A DNA stretch of 64,000 nucleotides from an uncultured delta proteobacterium (lineage in GTDB: Bacteria > Myxococcota > Myxococcia > Myxococcales > Anaeromyxobacteraceae): positions 160,001 to 224,000 of the forward strand of contig CAWFDF010000003.1 of NCBI GenBank assembly GCA_963814585.1. Reading direction: 5' to 3'. The notes under the pieces are model-generated. The model worked only from the letters and a program-made list of their open reading frames with translations, did not search any database and was not told the DNA's origin. A program made the translations under genes and the position numbers. Below, piece after piece: positions 9,319 to 19,122 of this stretch; the stretch's first letter is position 1; each line of letters starts with the position of its first letter.

Positions 9319-10193
9319 CGGCCCGGGTAGCCCCTCCCTGGCTCTCCGAGCTGCAGGCGGCCTTCGGCGCGCTGCTGCAGAGACCCCTCGACAGGTCCAC
9401 CGGGACGCTGCGGGCCCGCACCGAGGACTACCGGCACGGGCTGGTCGCGCTGGTCAAGCCCGGCTCTGGCCTCGACGCCGGGGGGCGGCTGGCCGTCTAC
9501 CACCGCCAGTACTGGTTCCGGCTGCTCACCGCCTTGCAGGACGACTTCCCGCTGCTGGCCCGCCTGCTCGGCTTCTGGGAGTTCAACGGCTGGGCGGCGC
9601 GGTACCTGGTCGAGGCTCCCCCCGGTGGTTCGAACCTGCAGCGCGCCGGCGACGCCTTCCCCGCTTTCCTCCAGGCCGTCACCGGCCCGGGGTGGGTGGG
9701 CGGAGCGGGCGGCGACCAGATCCCGCGCGCCGCCCTGCTGGAGGCCGCGGCCATCGACGGGGCCTGGCGGGCGGTGCTGGCGGCGCCCGCCGAGCCGCCC
9801 CTCGAGCCGGCCGGGATCGAGGCGTCCAGCTGGCCCTCGCTCCGGCTGCGCCCCCGGGCCTGCTTCGCCGTCGTCGAGGAGCACTGGCCGCTCTGCGAGC
9901 TCCGGCGGCGGCTGGCCGGGCTGCCGGTCGAGCGGGCGGCGCCGCTGCCGCCGCGCCACGGCTCGGCGCGCTGGTTCCTGGTGGGCTGCACCGGGGCCTC
10001 GGTGCTGGAGCGGGAGCTCGGGCCGCTCCAGGCCCGGCTGCTGCGCCTGCTGGGCGAGCTCCCGGTCGGGCAGGCCCTCGCCAGGCTGGAAGCCGGGTGT
10101 GACGAGGCGGCGCGGCGCGACCTGCCCGGGCTGGTGGAGCGCTGGCTGGCCGAGGCGGTCGGCCTCGGCTACTTCGCCGGGGAGGCACGTTGA
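9315..10193 (+). CDS. DUF2063-family MNIO partner protein (HvfC/BufC-like, RRE-type substrate recognition)
   Basis: GTGA overlap with DUF692. LSELQAAFGALL...RLAVYHRQYWFRLLTALQDDFPLLARLLG...FPAFL. Confidence 0.85.
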   Translation: MTARVAPPWLSELQAAFGALLQRPLDRSTGTLRARTEDYRHGLVALVKPGSGLDAGGRLAVYHRQYWFRLLTALQDDFPLLARLLGFWEFNGWAARYLVEAPPGGSNLQRAGDAFPAFLQAVTGPGWVGGAGGDQIPRAALLEAAAIDGAWRAVLAAPAEPPLEPAGIEASSWPSLRLRPRACFAVVEEHWPLCELRRRLAGLPVERAAPLPPRHGSARWFLVGCTGASVLERELGPLQARLLRLLGELPVGQALARLEAGCDEAARRDLPGLVERWLAEAVGLGYFAGEAR

Positions 10194-11776
10194 CCCCCTC
10201 GCCGGCACCGGCGACCGGCGAGCCGCCGCTCGGGACGGCCGTACCGGTGCGACGCCTCCTCCTCGCGCTCGACGGCTTCGAGCCGACCGGAGGCGGACTC
10301 TCCCCCTTCGTCGAATTCCTCCTCCGGATCAGGACCGGGCTCACGGCCTCGGACCAGGCGGCGGTGCGCCAGGCTGCCGGCGAGGTGCTGGCCCACCCCG
10401 GCGCCGCGACCAGCGGTCCGTGGGCCATCGCGTTCGCGCTGCTCCTGGCCGCACCGGCACCGGCCTCCGCCCTGGCCCGCTGGCGCCGGGAGCGCTGCGC
10501 CGACCCGGGCCCGCTCCGCGCCGCCGCCGGCCTGCTCGACGCCGTGGTCGCGGAGCTGGCCACCTCGTCACGCCCCTTGCTGCAGATCGACACCGGGACC
10601 ACGCTGGCCGATCCCTGGCGTCGCTGGCTCGGCGAACGACTGGAGGCGGACCCACGGGTCGCGCCGGCCCACACCCGTGACGGCGCCGGGCCCGGCCAGG
10701 CCCTCGTGGCCGGATGGCCGGAGCAGCCGCTGCTGCGGAGGTTCCTCCTCGCCGCCGCCATGTGCGGCGAGGCGTCCCCCGCCCACCCCCTCCTCTCGGC
10801 CATCGGGGTCGGCCCGGACGACCTCGACGGCGCCGTCGACCTGATCGACCAGCGGCTCTGCGGCGAGGGGGGCGAGGACGGCGGCGTGTTCCTCGACGAC
10901 CTGGGCTACCAGCACCCCGGCTTCCCGGGCCTCCTCACGTATCGCTTCGTCGACCCGGCGCTGCGCCAGGGGATCCTGGCGGGTGAGGCCCCAGGGGCCG
11001 TGGCCGGTGAGGCGCGGCGGCTGCGCATCGCCGTGCGGTCCCGCCTGGAGGTCACCACCCGGGCCATCGCCCAGCTCTACGCCAACCTGGGCGGGCTGGA
11101 GGGTCCGCCGGCTGGGGACGGCCCCCGACGGCGGCTTCGCCTCTGGGTCGGCGAAGCCGACGAGGCCAGCCTCGCCGAGACCCTGGCCGAGGAGCTGCGC
11201 CGCGGCGCCGCCGCCCCGCGTGCCCTCCTCGCCACCGCCCTCCGCGACGGCGCGCTTGCCACCCCTCAGCGGCTCGCGCTGCTGGCCGCGGCGCAGGACC
11301 GGGCCGAGGCGGCGGAGCCGGAGCTGGCCCTCGCCATCCACGTGGCCCGGACCCGGCTGCTCCACGAGGCCGGTCGCCTGGACGATGCCGGGCGCAGCGC
11401 CGCCGAGGGACTCCGCTGGGCCGAGGTCCACGGGGAGGCCGGCGACGGCGCCCTCCTCTTCCTCGCGGCCCGCTGCCACCGTGAGCAGCGGCGGCTGGAG
11501 GCTGCGGCGCAGGCCTTCACCGACGCCGCCGGCGTGGCCTCGCTACCGGATCCGGCCGGGAGGGTCAACTGGCACGACCTGGGGGTCTGCCTCGCCGAGG
11601 CCGGGCGCTGCCACGCCGAGCGCGGCGACTGGACCGCGGCGATCCAGCTTCTCGGCGAGGCGGCCATCCACCTGCGGCGCGGCGACCTGGGCGGCACCGT
11701 CCACCGGGATCAGCTGGATCTGGTCCTGAGAAACTTGGCCTCGTGCACGGCCCAGCGCCTGGGGCTCCGGCGGTAG
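10190..11776 (+). CDS. Hypothetical protein with C-terminal TPR-like helical repeats
   Basis: TTGA overlap with DUF2063 and GGAGG RBS at 10181. C-terminal helical repeats (LFLAARCHREQRRLEAAAQAF; LAEAGRCHAERGDWTAAIQLL). Confidence 0.55.
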   Translation: MTPSPAPATGEPPLGTAVPVRRLLLALDGFEPTGGGLSPFVEFLLRIRTGLTASDQAAVRQAAGEVLAHPGAATSGPWAIAFALLLAAPAPASALARWRRERCADPGPLRAAAGLLDAVVAELATSSRPLLQIDTGTTLADPWRRWLGERLEADPRVAPAHTRDGAGPGQALVAGWPEQPLLRRFLLAAAMCGEASPAHPLLSAIGVGPDDLDGAVDLIDQRLCGEGGEDGGVFLDDLGYQHPGFPGLLTYRFVDPALRQGILAGEAPGAVAGEARRLRIAVRSRLEVTTRAIAQLYANLGGLEGPPAGDGPRRRLRLWVGEADEASLAETLAEELRRGAAAPRALLATALRDGALATPQRLALLAAAQDRAEAAEPELALAIHVARTRLLHEAGRLDDAGRSAAEGLRWAEVHGEAGDGALLFLAARCHREQRRLEAAAQAFTDAAGVASLPDPAGRVNWHDLGVCLAEAGRCHAERGDWTAAIQLLGEAAIHLRRGDLGGTVHRDQLDLVLRNLASCTAQRLGLRR

Positions 11777-12328
11777 CGCTCCCGGGCCGGCCTGCCGCGG
11801 AACCAGTAGAGCCGAGTCTCCGAAGTCCGCGCTATCGGACTCGATCGGCGGATTGAATGACCTTCCCCCGTTGCGGGACAAGGGCCTTGGCGGCCTGCAT
11901 GAACTGACTGTCGAGCCTGGCACCCCGAGCGCCCACCAGGGTCAGCACTGGCTCGGGAAACGCGGCAATCGCCGCGGCGTGCTCTCGGAGCGTGGCCAGG
12001 CACTCCTCCGAGCCGAGGTTTCGCGAGTCAATCTACGTGGTGCTGTGACCCCGGCGCTCGACCCAGCTCACGTCCACGGAGGGCCCCGGGACCCGAACCT
12101 CGCACCTCAGGTGAAGGCGCGTCCGGTCCCGCGTACGTCAGACGTCGGCGGAACGACTTGCGAGAGGACAGGCCGGGATCTCCAGCGGCGCCCGGATCCC
12201 GGGGGCCATGAGGGCGCCGCCGAGCAGGAACGGCCGCCACCGCAGCGCTGCTCCGGAGCGGGCCGCGCCCCCTCGATGCGCGTCAAGGCGAGGTCGCAGG
12301 GGAGCGCCAGGGTGGACACCAGGACCCG

Positions 12329-13639
12329 CTACTCCCGTCTGCTGCCGTGGCGCCACGCACCCATGGTGAAGCTGGCGACGCCGATGGCGACCAGGATTGC
12401 GCACGGGAGCGCCACCTGGGCCGGGGTGAAGCCGCGCCAGACGGCCCCCTCCAGCGCCAGGATGGCCCACTTCACCGGCGAGACCGTCCCGGCTGCCTGC
12501 ATCCAGGCTGGCATGGCGAGGAGCGGCACCATACCGCCGCCCAGCATGGTGAGCGGCATCATGATGGCCCAGCCCAGCCCGCTGGCCGCCTGCTCGGTCT
12601 TCCCCATCGCCGCCACCAGCATCATGATCCCAACGAAGCAGGCGGCCACCGAGAGCGCCGCCGCCGCGGCCAGCCCCCACGACGACGGGCGCACGCCGAA
12701 GCCGAGCCCTCCCACGGCGAACAGCAGCGCCTCGACCGCGACGATGGCCGTGAAGCAGGCCAGCGCCTTGCCTGCCAGGACGTGGCCGGCCGAGAGCGGC
12801 GAGGCCCGCAGCCGGGTGAGCGTGCCGCGAGTCCGCTCCTGCACCAGCGAGAGCGCGAACCCGAGCGAGCAGCCGATGACGCCCCAGATCATCCCCTGCG
12901 GAAAGGTGACGTCGAAGGCGCTGGCCGGCCCGGCCCGATCGGCTCTCAGCTCCCGCCTCCGGATCTCCAGTGGCTTCCAGCCACCGACCGCCGACGCGTC
13001 GCCACCCGCGGCGCCACCCGACGACGCCGGCTGGCCGTCGATGAAGGTCCGCACCTCGCCGAGGAACCGCTCCGTGGCCGTTCGCTGAGGGCCTGCTGGA
13101 GCGTCGGCGAGGTCGGCGAGCGCGGTGCTCACCATCCGCCGCGAGTTCTCGCCGCCGGCGAAGAGCGCCTGCAACGACTGCATGGCGGCGCCCGTGAGGA
13201 TCCCTTCCAGCATGGCGGCCTCGGCAGCGCGCGCTGGGTCGACGGCCAGCTCGAGCGTGCGAGGCGCTCCGTGGAAGAGCCGCCCCTCGGCCTCCTCATA
13301 CCCTCTCGGCACGATCACCGCCGCGGTGAGCTTCCCGGCGCGGACCCGGGCCTCGGCCTCGGCGCGCGGGAGCAGCGTCACCTGCACGCCCTCGGTGGCC
13401 GAGAGCCGGGCGACCAGGGCCAGCGCGGCCGGGGAGCCGTCCTCGTCGACCGCGCCCACCTGGATCCGGCCGCGCTGCCCGCCGCCCCCGAAGATCAGGC
13501 CGAAGAACAGGGCGATCAGCACCGGCCAGCCCAGCGAGAAGAAGAGCGCGGCGCGGTTGTGGAGCAGCAGGCGCAGGTCCTTCACGGCCAGCGCCACTAC
13601 CGGCCGCAGCACCGACGAGATGGGGAGGGGGCCGATCAT
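12329..13639 (-). CDS. ABC-2 type transporter permease
   Basis: N-terminal TM, large extracytoplasmic domain (VDEDGS), LVQERTRGTLTRLRASP and five further TMs. Confidence 0.9.
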   Translation of the reverse strand: MIGPLPISSVLRPVVALAVKDLRLLLHNRAALFFSLGWPVLIALFFGLIFGGGGQRGRIQVGAVDEDGSPAALALVARLSATEGVQVTLLPRAEAEARVRAGKLTAAVIVPRGYEEAEGRLFHGAPRTLELAVDPARAAEAAMLEGILTGAAMQSLQALFAGGENSRRMVSTALADLADAPAGPQRTATERFLGEVRTFIDGQPASSGGAAGGDASAVGGWKPLEIRRRELRADRAGPASAFDVTFPQGMIWGVIGCSLGFALSLVQERTRGTLTRLRASPLSAGHVLAGKALACFTAIVAVEALLFAVGGLGFGVRPSSWGLAAAAALSVAACFVGIMMLVAAMGKTEQAASGLGWAIMMPLTMLGGGMVPLLAMPAWMQAAGTVSPVKWAILALEGAVWRGFTPAQVALPCAILVAIGVASFTMGAWRHGSRRE

Positions 13640-14484
13640 TCGTCGCGCAGCCTCCGCCCGGTCAGCTTGAGGAACACCTGCTCCAGGCTCGGCCGCTCCA
13701 CGTGGAAGTCGTCGACCCGGGCCTCGGCCGCCAGCCGCAGCAACGCGCCGGCCGGATCCGCGGTGGGGAACCGCCGCACCTCGCCGCCCACCTTGGCCAC
13801 CAGCACCGGCGCATCGCCGTGGAGCCGGATCAGGCTGGGGACCGTGTCGAGCGCCAGCACCCGGCCCTGGTCGACGATGGCCACCCGATCGCAGAGTCGC
13901 TCCGCCTCCTCCATGTAGTGGGTGGTGTAGACCACCGTGAGCCCGGACCGCCTCAGCTCCACGATCCGGTCGAGGATGGCATGGCGCGACTGCGGATCGA
14001 CGCCGGCGGTCGGCTCGTCGAGCAGCACCAGGCGCGGCTCATGGAGCAGCGCCGCGGCCAGGTTGAGCCGGCGCTGCATGCCGCCGGAGTAGCCGCCGAC
14101 CCGGTCGCGGCGCCGGTCGCGCAGGGCGGCGAAGTCGAGCGCCCAGTCGATGCGGGCCTCCAGGGCCACGCCGGCCAGGCCGTAGACCCGGCCGAAGAAG
14201 CGCAGGTTCTCCTCGCCGGTGAGCTCGGCATAGAGGGCCACCGCCTGGGGCGCCAGCCCGAGGTGGCGCCGCACCGCCGGGTCGGTCGGTGCGCCCAACC
14301 CGTCGATGGCGACGGTGCCGGCGTCCGGGGCCAGCAGCCCGAGGGCGAGGTGGACGGTGGTCGACTTGCCGGCGCCATTGGGGCCGAGCAGCCCGAGGAC
14401 CTCCCCGCGCTGGACCCGCAGGGAGAGGCCGTCCACGGCGACGGTGGCGCCGTAGGCCTTGCGCAGGTCGGTGAGCGCGAGCAC
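13636..14484 (-). CDS. ABC transporter ATP-binding protein (DrrA/CcmA-like exporter)
   Basis: Walker A GPNGAGKST, YSGGMQRR signature, LLDEPT, TTHY. GTG start at 14484 is preceded by a TACAGT -10-like box. Confidence 0.92.
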   Translation of the reverse strand: MLALTDLRKAYGATVAVDGLSLRVQRGEVLGLLGPNGAGKSTTVHLALGLLAPDAGTVAIDGLGAPTDPAVRRHLGLAPQAVALYAELTGEENLRFFGRVYGLAGVALEARIDWALDFAALRDRRRDRVGGYSGGMQRRLNLAAALLHEPRLVLLDEPTAGVDPQSRHAILDRIVELRRSGLTVVYTTHYMEEAERLCDRVAIVDQGRVLALDTVPSLIRLHGDAPVLVAKVGGEVRRFPTADPAGALLRLAAEARVDDFHVERPSLEQVFLKLTGRRLRDE

Positions 14485-14620
14485 GCCTTGGGACTGTAGC
14501 GTCCAGGCCGTGCGGCTGCCACCGCGAGTGATGGGGGGAAGGCGGCGGTGAGCCCTGGACCCGCGAGAAGTGGCCGCAGGTGAAGAAGCCCCTCCACGCG
14601 ATGCCATGCCACCGGGTTCC

Positions 14621-14823
14621 ATGGCGCAGGGGAAGCGGGCCATCGTACGCCTCACCGACTCGCTCGCACTGGTGGGTTCGGGGTGGAGCATGACCATGGG
14701 CTCCAGGAAGGTCTCGGGGACGAGCGGCCTGGTCCTCGTGCGCAAGGGCGGCGAGTGGAAGGCCAAGGCGATGGTCGATGGGGGCTGGGGTGACCTGCCC
14801 ATGGCAACGGCGGCGCCGGTCGG
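14621..14823 (+). pseudogene. Possible 3' remnant of an NTF2/SnoaL-like protein gene
   Basis: LTDSLALV...MTMGSRKVSGTSGLVLVRKGGEWKAKAMVDGGWGD resembles the C-terminal strands of NTF2-like proteins. No N-terminal half; runs into the convergent radical SAM gene. Confidence 0.3.
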
Positions 14824-15882
14824 TCACCCGACGACCCGGGGCCCGCCGGCGCCTCCCTGGAACAGGTCCAGCTGGGCGCCGCGCCCCGGGCGCCGGAACG
14901 TGGACGGCTCGTGCCCCACCTCCTCGAACCGGGACTCGGCGTAGCCCAGCCGCCTGCAGGTGGCCCGGAACAGGTCGGCCATGGTGGCCGCGTAGGGGCC
15001 CGTACCGCGCCCTCGACGTCCCACCCGGTCGTCGGTGATCGCGCCGCCACGGGTCTCGCGGATCAGGTGCAGGATGCGCTCGGCCCGCTCCGGCAGGGCT
15101 TCCTTGATCCTCTCCTCGAAGACCCGGGCCACCGGCCCGGGCAGGCGCAGGAGCTGCCACCCCGCCGTCGCCGCGCCGGCGTCTCGCGCCGCCGCCAGGA
15201 CGCGGGGGAGCTCGTCATCCAGCCCGGGGATGACCGGCGCCACCAGCACCGTGGGCGCGAGCCCGGCCTCGGCCAGGCGGGCGATGAGCCGGAGCCGGCG
15301 CGCCGGCGAGGGGGCTCCCGGCTCGAGCCTCCGGGCCAGCACCTCGTCGACGTACGGCAGGCTGACCGCCACGCTCACCCGCGCCTCGTCGCGCAGCCGG
15401 ACCAGGAGGTCCAGGTCGCGCTCGAGCAGCGCCCCCTTGGTCACGATGCCCACCGGGTTCCGGTACTCGATGCAGACCTCCAGGCAGCGGCGGGCCAGGC
15501 GGTAGGCGGCCTCCAGCGGCTGCCAGGCGTCGGTCCCGCCGGAGAAGGCCACCGTCTCTCCCTTCCAGCCCGGCCTCTCGAAGGCGGCGCGGAGCAGCTC
15601 CGGGGCGCGCTGCTTCACCACCAGCCGGGTCTCGAAGTCGGTGCCGGCGCCCCAGCCCAGGTACTCGTGGTAGGCGCGCGCGTAGCAGTAGGCGCAGGCG
15701 TGGAGGCAGCCGCGGTAGGGGTTGACGCTCCAGGTGAACCCGACGTCGGGGCTGTCGTTGCGGGACAGGATCTCGAGCGTGGCGTCGGCGAGGATCTCCA
15801 GCCGGGCGGGCCGGGGCTCGAGCCACTCGACGTCGGCGGAGAGCCACGGGTTGGGCGGGTTGGAGACGATCCGGGGCTTCAC
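14824..15882 (-). CDS. PA0069/Rv2578c-family radical SAM protein (spore photoproduct lyase-like)
   Basis: SVNPYRGCLHACAYCYAR (CxxxCxxC), GTDFET, TDAWQPLE, IVTKG and a C-terminal QLDLF clamp-binding-like motif. Confidence 0.9.
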   Translation of the reverse strand: MKPRIVSNPPNPWLSADVEWLEPRPARLEILADATLEILSRNDSPDVGFTWSVNPYRGCLHACAYCYARAYHEYLGWGAGTDFETRLVVKQRAPELLRAAFERPGWKGETVAFSGGTDAWQPLEAAYRLARRCLEVCIEYRNPVGIVTKGALLERDLDLLVRLRDEARVSVAVSLPYVDEVLARRLEPGAPSPARRLRLIARLAEAGLAPTVLVAPVIPGLDDELPRVLAAARDAGAATAGWQLLRLPGPVARVFEERIKEALPERAERILHLIRETRGGAITDDRVGRRGRGTGPYAATMADLFRATCRRLGYAESRFEEVGHEPSTFRRPGRGAQLDLFQGGAGGPRVVG

Positions 15883-16014
15883 GCCGCACAGCATGACGGA
15901 ACGCCCGTTCAGGTCAAGGGCCGGCCCTCGAGAGGCCCGGGATCGGGCCGGCCGGGACGGTCGAGAGGCCGCCCCCGGTGGCCGGTCCGGCGCCGGGGCT
16001 CGGGGCGTGGACCT

Positions 16015-17019
16015 TCAGCGGAACTCGAGGATCGCCCCGTCGGCCAGGGTGGCGAGGTGGAGCCGGCCGTCGCGCACCAGCCAGGAGCGGACGAAGCCGA
16101 GCTGCTGCAGGTACTTGTCGGAGAGTGAACCGGGCGGGCAGGCGGCGCGGGTGGAGGCCAGCGGGCCGAAGCCGAGGCGCGGCCCGTCGAGGGTGTAGCT
16201 CCCCGCGGCCCGGTTGCAGTCGGCGAGAACCTCGGCCCGGCCCGCGGGATCCAGCCGGAGCGTGTACCGCGCCGGCTCCGGCGGGGTGAGCACGGCGTCG
16301 TCCCCGAACCGGATGCGGACCAGCTCCCAGGTCCGGCCCTGGAGCCCGGCCGGGGACGGCGTTGCGGCGCCCGCCGCGGGGCCGGGGCGGTGCGGGGCGG
16401 CTGGCCCTGCGGCGGGCCAGGCGACCGGTGCCGTGGCCGCCGTGGCGGCGACCAGCCGCAGGCCGGAGGCGACCCGCTCCACCGTGTAGGTCGCCGCCGA
16501 GGTGCGCGACGGGCAGCAGAGCGGGTCGGACGGCGCGTAGCGGGCGAAGCTCGCCGCCACCGCGCCGGCACCGACGAGCCGGAGCTCCCGCGCCGAGCCC
16601 TCGGTGCGGGAGTCCATGGGCGCCGGTGAGATGGTGCCGGCGAACCGCCCTTCGACGAAGACGAAGCCCTGGAAGGCGAGCGGCCGGCACATCCCGTCGA
16701 CGCCGGCGTGGCCCTCCACCAGCTCGGTGGCGCCGAAGCGCTGGAGCGGGCCGTGCAGCCTCCACCCCGCGGCCACCACCGCCTGGTCCGCCCGGGAGGC
16801 CTGGTCCGCCGGCCGCTCGGCGTCCCGGCAACGGTCCCGGAGCCCGCCATCCGACGCCGTTGCCGGGGCTCCCGGGACGGCGGCGCCGGCCCGGTTCCAC
16901 GGGGCGGGGCGATCGGCGTCGAGCCAGCTCGCCGCGGGACCCGGCGGCGGATCGGCCGTTCCGGCCGGCTCCCTGGCGGAGAGGAGCGCGAGGAGGGCGA
17001 CGAGCTGGGCAGCGGCCAT
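16015..17019 (-). CDS. Exported protein: LppP/LprE-like domain + C-terminal META (HslJ) domain
   Basis: Signal peptide; DGMCRPLAFQGFVFVEGRFAGTISP...YAPSDPLCCPS; META motifs LQGRTWEL, ADCNRAAGSY, ASTRAACPP. Confidence 0.75.
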   Translation of the reverse strand: MAAAQLVALLALLSAREPAGTADPPPGPAASWLDADRPAPWNRAGAAVPGAPATASDGGLRDRCRDAERPADQASRADQAVVAAGWRLHGPLQRFGATELVEGHAGVDGMCRPLAFQGFVFVEGRFAGTISPAPMDSRTEGSARELRLVGAGAVAASFARYAPSDPLCCPSRTSAATYTVERVASGLRLVAATAATAPVAWPAAGPAAPHRPGPAAGAATPSPAGLQGRTWELVRIRFGDDAVLTPPEPARYTLRLDPAGRAEVLADCNRAAGSYTLDGPRLGFGPLASTRAACPPGSLSDKYLQQLGFVRSWLVRDGRLHLATLADGAILEFR

Positions 17020-17295
17020 GGTGGACTCCTGGCCCCGGGACGGTGACCTGCGAGGAGGGCTCCCCGGCCTTGCGCCGGGGCGGCCATGTTAGACGAAGCA
17101 GGGCCTGGGCACGGTCGTCACGCCCACCTGGGACGAAGACTTCACGTGCGCTGACCTCCGGCTGGTGGCGACGGCGACGTGCGGGGACGGGGTGGCGTCC
17201 GCTGCGGGATCGGGGGCCAGCTCACCGCCGCAGTCGCCTGGTCCACCTGCCGGGATCCCGTGCGCCGCGGCCGGGCTCGTGTTACTCGGCTGGGG

Positions 17296-18420
17296 ATGCC
17301 GGATCGGGCCGCACGGCGCGTCTTCGCGGCGGGCGCCCTGGCGCTCGCCTGCGGCGCCCTGGCCGAGGCCGGCCCGGAGGTCTTCGTGCAGCCGCGCGAC
17401 CAGGACGAGCGCTTCGCCAACCTGGATGGGGAGGGGCCGCTCGGCTTCTCCTCGGTGCTGCGCTGGAAGGTGTGGGACGGGTGGATCCTCGGCAAGAACC
17501 GGAAGTCGCCCGACCGCGCGCCGATGCCCCGCGTCGAGCCGGACTGGGAGGCGATCGCGATGCCGCCCGGGCCGGGCGAGGGGGCCCGGCTCACCTGGAT
17601 CGGGCACGCCACCTGGCTGGTGCAGCTCGACGGCAAGAGCTTCCTCACCGACCCGGTGCTGGGCGACTCCATCACCGGCTTCATCAGCCGCAACGTGCCG
17701 CCCGGCGTCCCCTTCGAGCGCCTGCCGAGGATCGACGCGGTCCTGGTCTCGCACAGCCACTACGACCACCTGGACCTGCCCACCCTGGAGCGGCTGGGCG
17801 CGCCGGTGGTGGCCGGCCTGGGGATGGCGGCCATCCTCCGGGACGAGGAGCTGGCCGGCACCGACCTGGGGTGGTGGCAGTCCACCGAGGTGGGCGGGGT
17901 GCGGGTCACCTTCGTGCCCGCCCAGCACTTCAGCCAGCGCGGGCTGGGCGACCGGAACGAGACGCTCTGGGGTGGCTTCGTGATCGAGGGTTCGTCGGCC
18001 ACCGTCTACCACGCCGGGGACACCGCCTACTTCCAGGGCTTCAGGCAGATCGGCGAGCGCTTCGCCATCGACGCCGCCCTGCTCCCCATCGGCGCCTACG
18101 ACCCGCGCTGGTTCATGAAGGCGGCCCACGTCGATCCCTCGGAGGCGCTGCAGGCCTTCGTCGATCTCGGGGCCCAGACCCTCCTGGCCATGCACTGGGG
18201 CACCTTCAAGCTGGCCGACGAGCCGCTCGACGAGCCGCCTCGCCTGCTCGAGGAGGGGCGGGTGCAGCGTGGGCTCCCGCCCGAGCGGGTGCGGGCTCCG
18301 GCCATCGGCGAGACCGTGCTGGTGCGCCGCGCCGCGGCGCCATCGGCAGCCACATCGCCATCGGCAGCGGCGGCGGAGCTGCCGCCCGCCGGAGATGGAG
18401 CCTTGCCGCTGAAGCCGTAG
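17296..18420 (+). CDS. Exported MBL-fold metallo-hydrolase (RomA/NAPE-PLD-like)
   Basis: TWIGHATWL, LTDPV, SHSHYDHLD (HxHxDH), PAQHFSQR, HAGDTAY, PIGAYDPRWFM, MHWGTF. Confidence 0.9.
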   Translation: MPDRAARRVFAAGALALACGALAEAGPEVFVQPRDQDERFANLDGEGPLGFSSVLRWKVWDGWILGKNRKSPDRAPMPRVEPDWEAIAMPPGPGEGARLTWIGHATWLVQLDGKSFLTDPVLGDSITGFISRNVPPGVPFERLPRIDAVLVSHSHYDHLDLPTLERLGAPVVAGLGMAAILRDEELAGTDLGWWQSTEVGGVRVTFVPAQHFSQRGLGDRNETLWGGFVIEGSSATVYHAGDTAYFQGFRQIGERFAIDAALLPIGAYDPRWFMKAAHVDPSEALQAFVDLGAQTLLAMHWGTFKLADEPLDEPPRLLEEGRVQRGLPPERVRAPAIGETVLVRRAAAPSAATSPSAAAAELPPAGDGALPLKP

Positions 18421-18547
18421 CCCGCTTCGCCGGCAGGCGCCTCCGGCTCACCGGACGGTGCCCCGACCCGGGCTGGCAGGTGCACCCGCGCCGCCGACGG
18501 GCGGCCGCGGCGGGGCCCGGCGCGCGCCAGGTCGGGCCGGCCCGGCC

Positions 18548-19012
18548 CTACCGGAACGGCCCGGTCATGGCGAAGAAGCCCTGGATCTTCTCGTTGGTCT
18601 CGCGCAGCCGCTCCGAGAGCGTCCGCACGAAGGCCCAGAGCACCACCGTCGCGAGGTCCTTGTCGACGAACATCAGCTGCTCCAGCTCCTCCCGCCTCAG
18701 CACCGCCAGGGCGCAGCTGGTGTGGGCCAGCGCGTCGGCGCTGCGCGGCGAGTCGTCGATCATCGCCATCTCGCCGAACCAGGCGCCCGGCTCGAGGATG
18801 GCCAGCGCCTCCTCGCCGACCCCGGGCAGCCGCTTGGAGATGCGGACTCGCCCGGAGAGCACCACGTACATCTCGTCCCCCACCGCGCCCTCGGCGAAGA
18901 TGGTGGCCCCACCCGGGAGCTCGCGCCGCGAGGTGATCGAGGCCACCCGGGCCAGCTGCTCGGTGGAGAGGGTCTGGAAGAGCGGGCAGGCGCGGAGGCT
19001 GGCGGCGTCCAT
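18548..19012 (-). CDS. Stand-alone cyclic-nucleotide-binding domain protein
   Basis: IFAEGAVGDEMYVVLSGRV...WFGEMAMIDDSPRSADA (intact phosphate-binding cassette); no HTH. Confidence 0.88.
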   Translation of the reverse strand: MDAASLRACPLFQTLSTEQLARVASITSRRELPGGATIFAEGAVGDEMYVVLSGRVRISKRLPGVGEEALAILEPGAWFGEMAMIDDSPRSADALAHTSCALAVLRREELEQLMFVDKDLATVVLWAFVRTLSERLRETNEKIQGFFAMTGPFR

Positions 19013-19122
19013 GGGTGGCGACGATACCAGACCGGGGGTGGGCCGAACCGCCACGGTGACAGCCCGGCTCACAGGGGCTACAACCAGTCGCCGCGTCGCC
19101 CGCGGGAGGGGAGCCCAACGTC

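Noticed and set aside
11777..12328. Possible ncRNA or small gene in the gap after the MNIO cluster
   Set aside because: I recognise no RNA family motif, convincing ORF, RBS or small Cys-rich precursor here.
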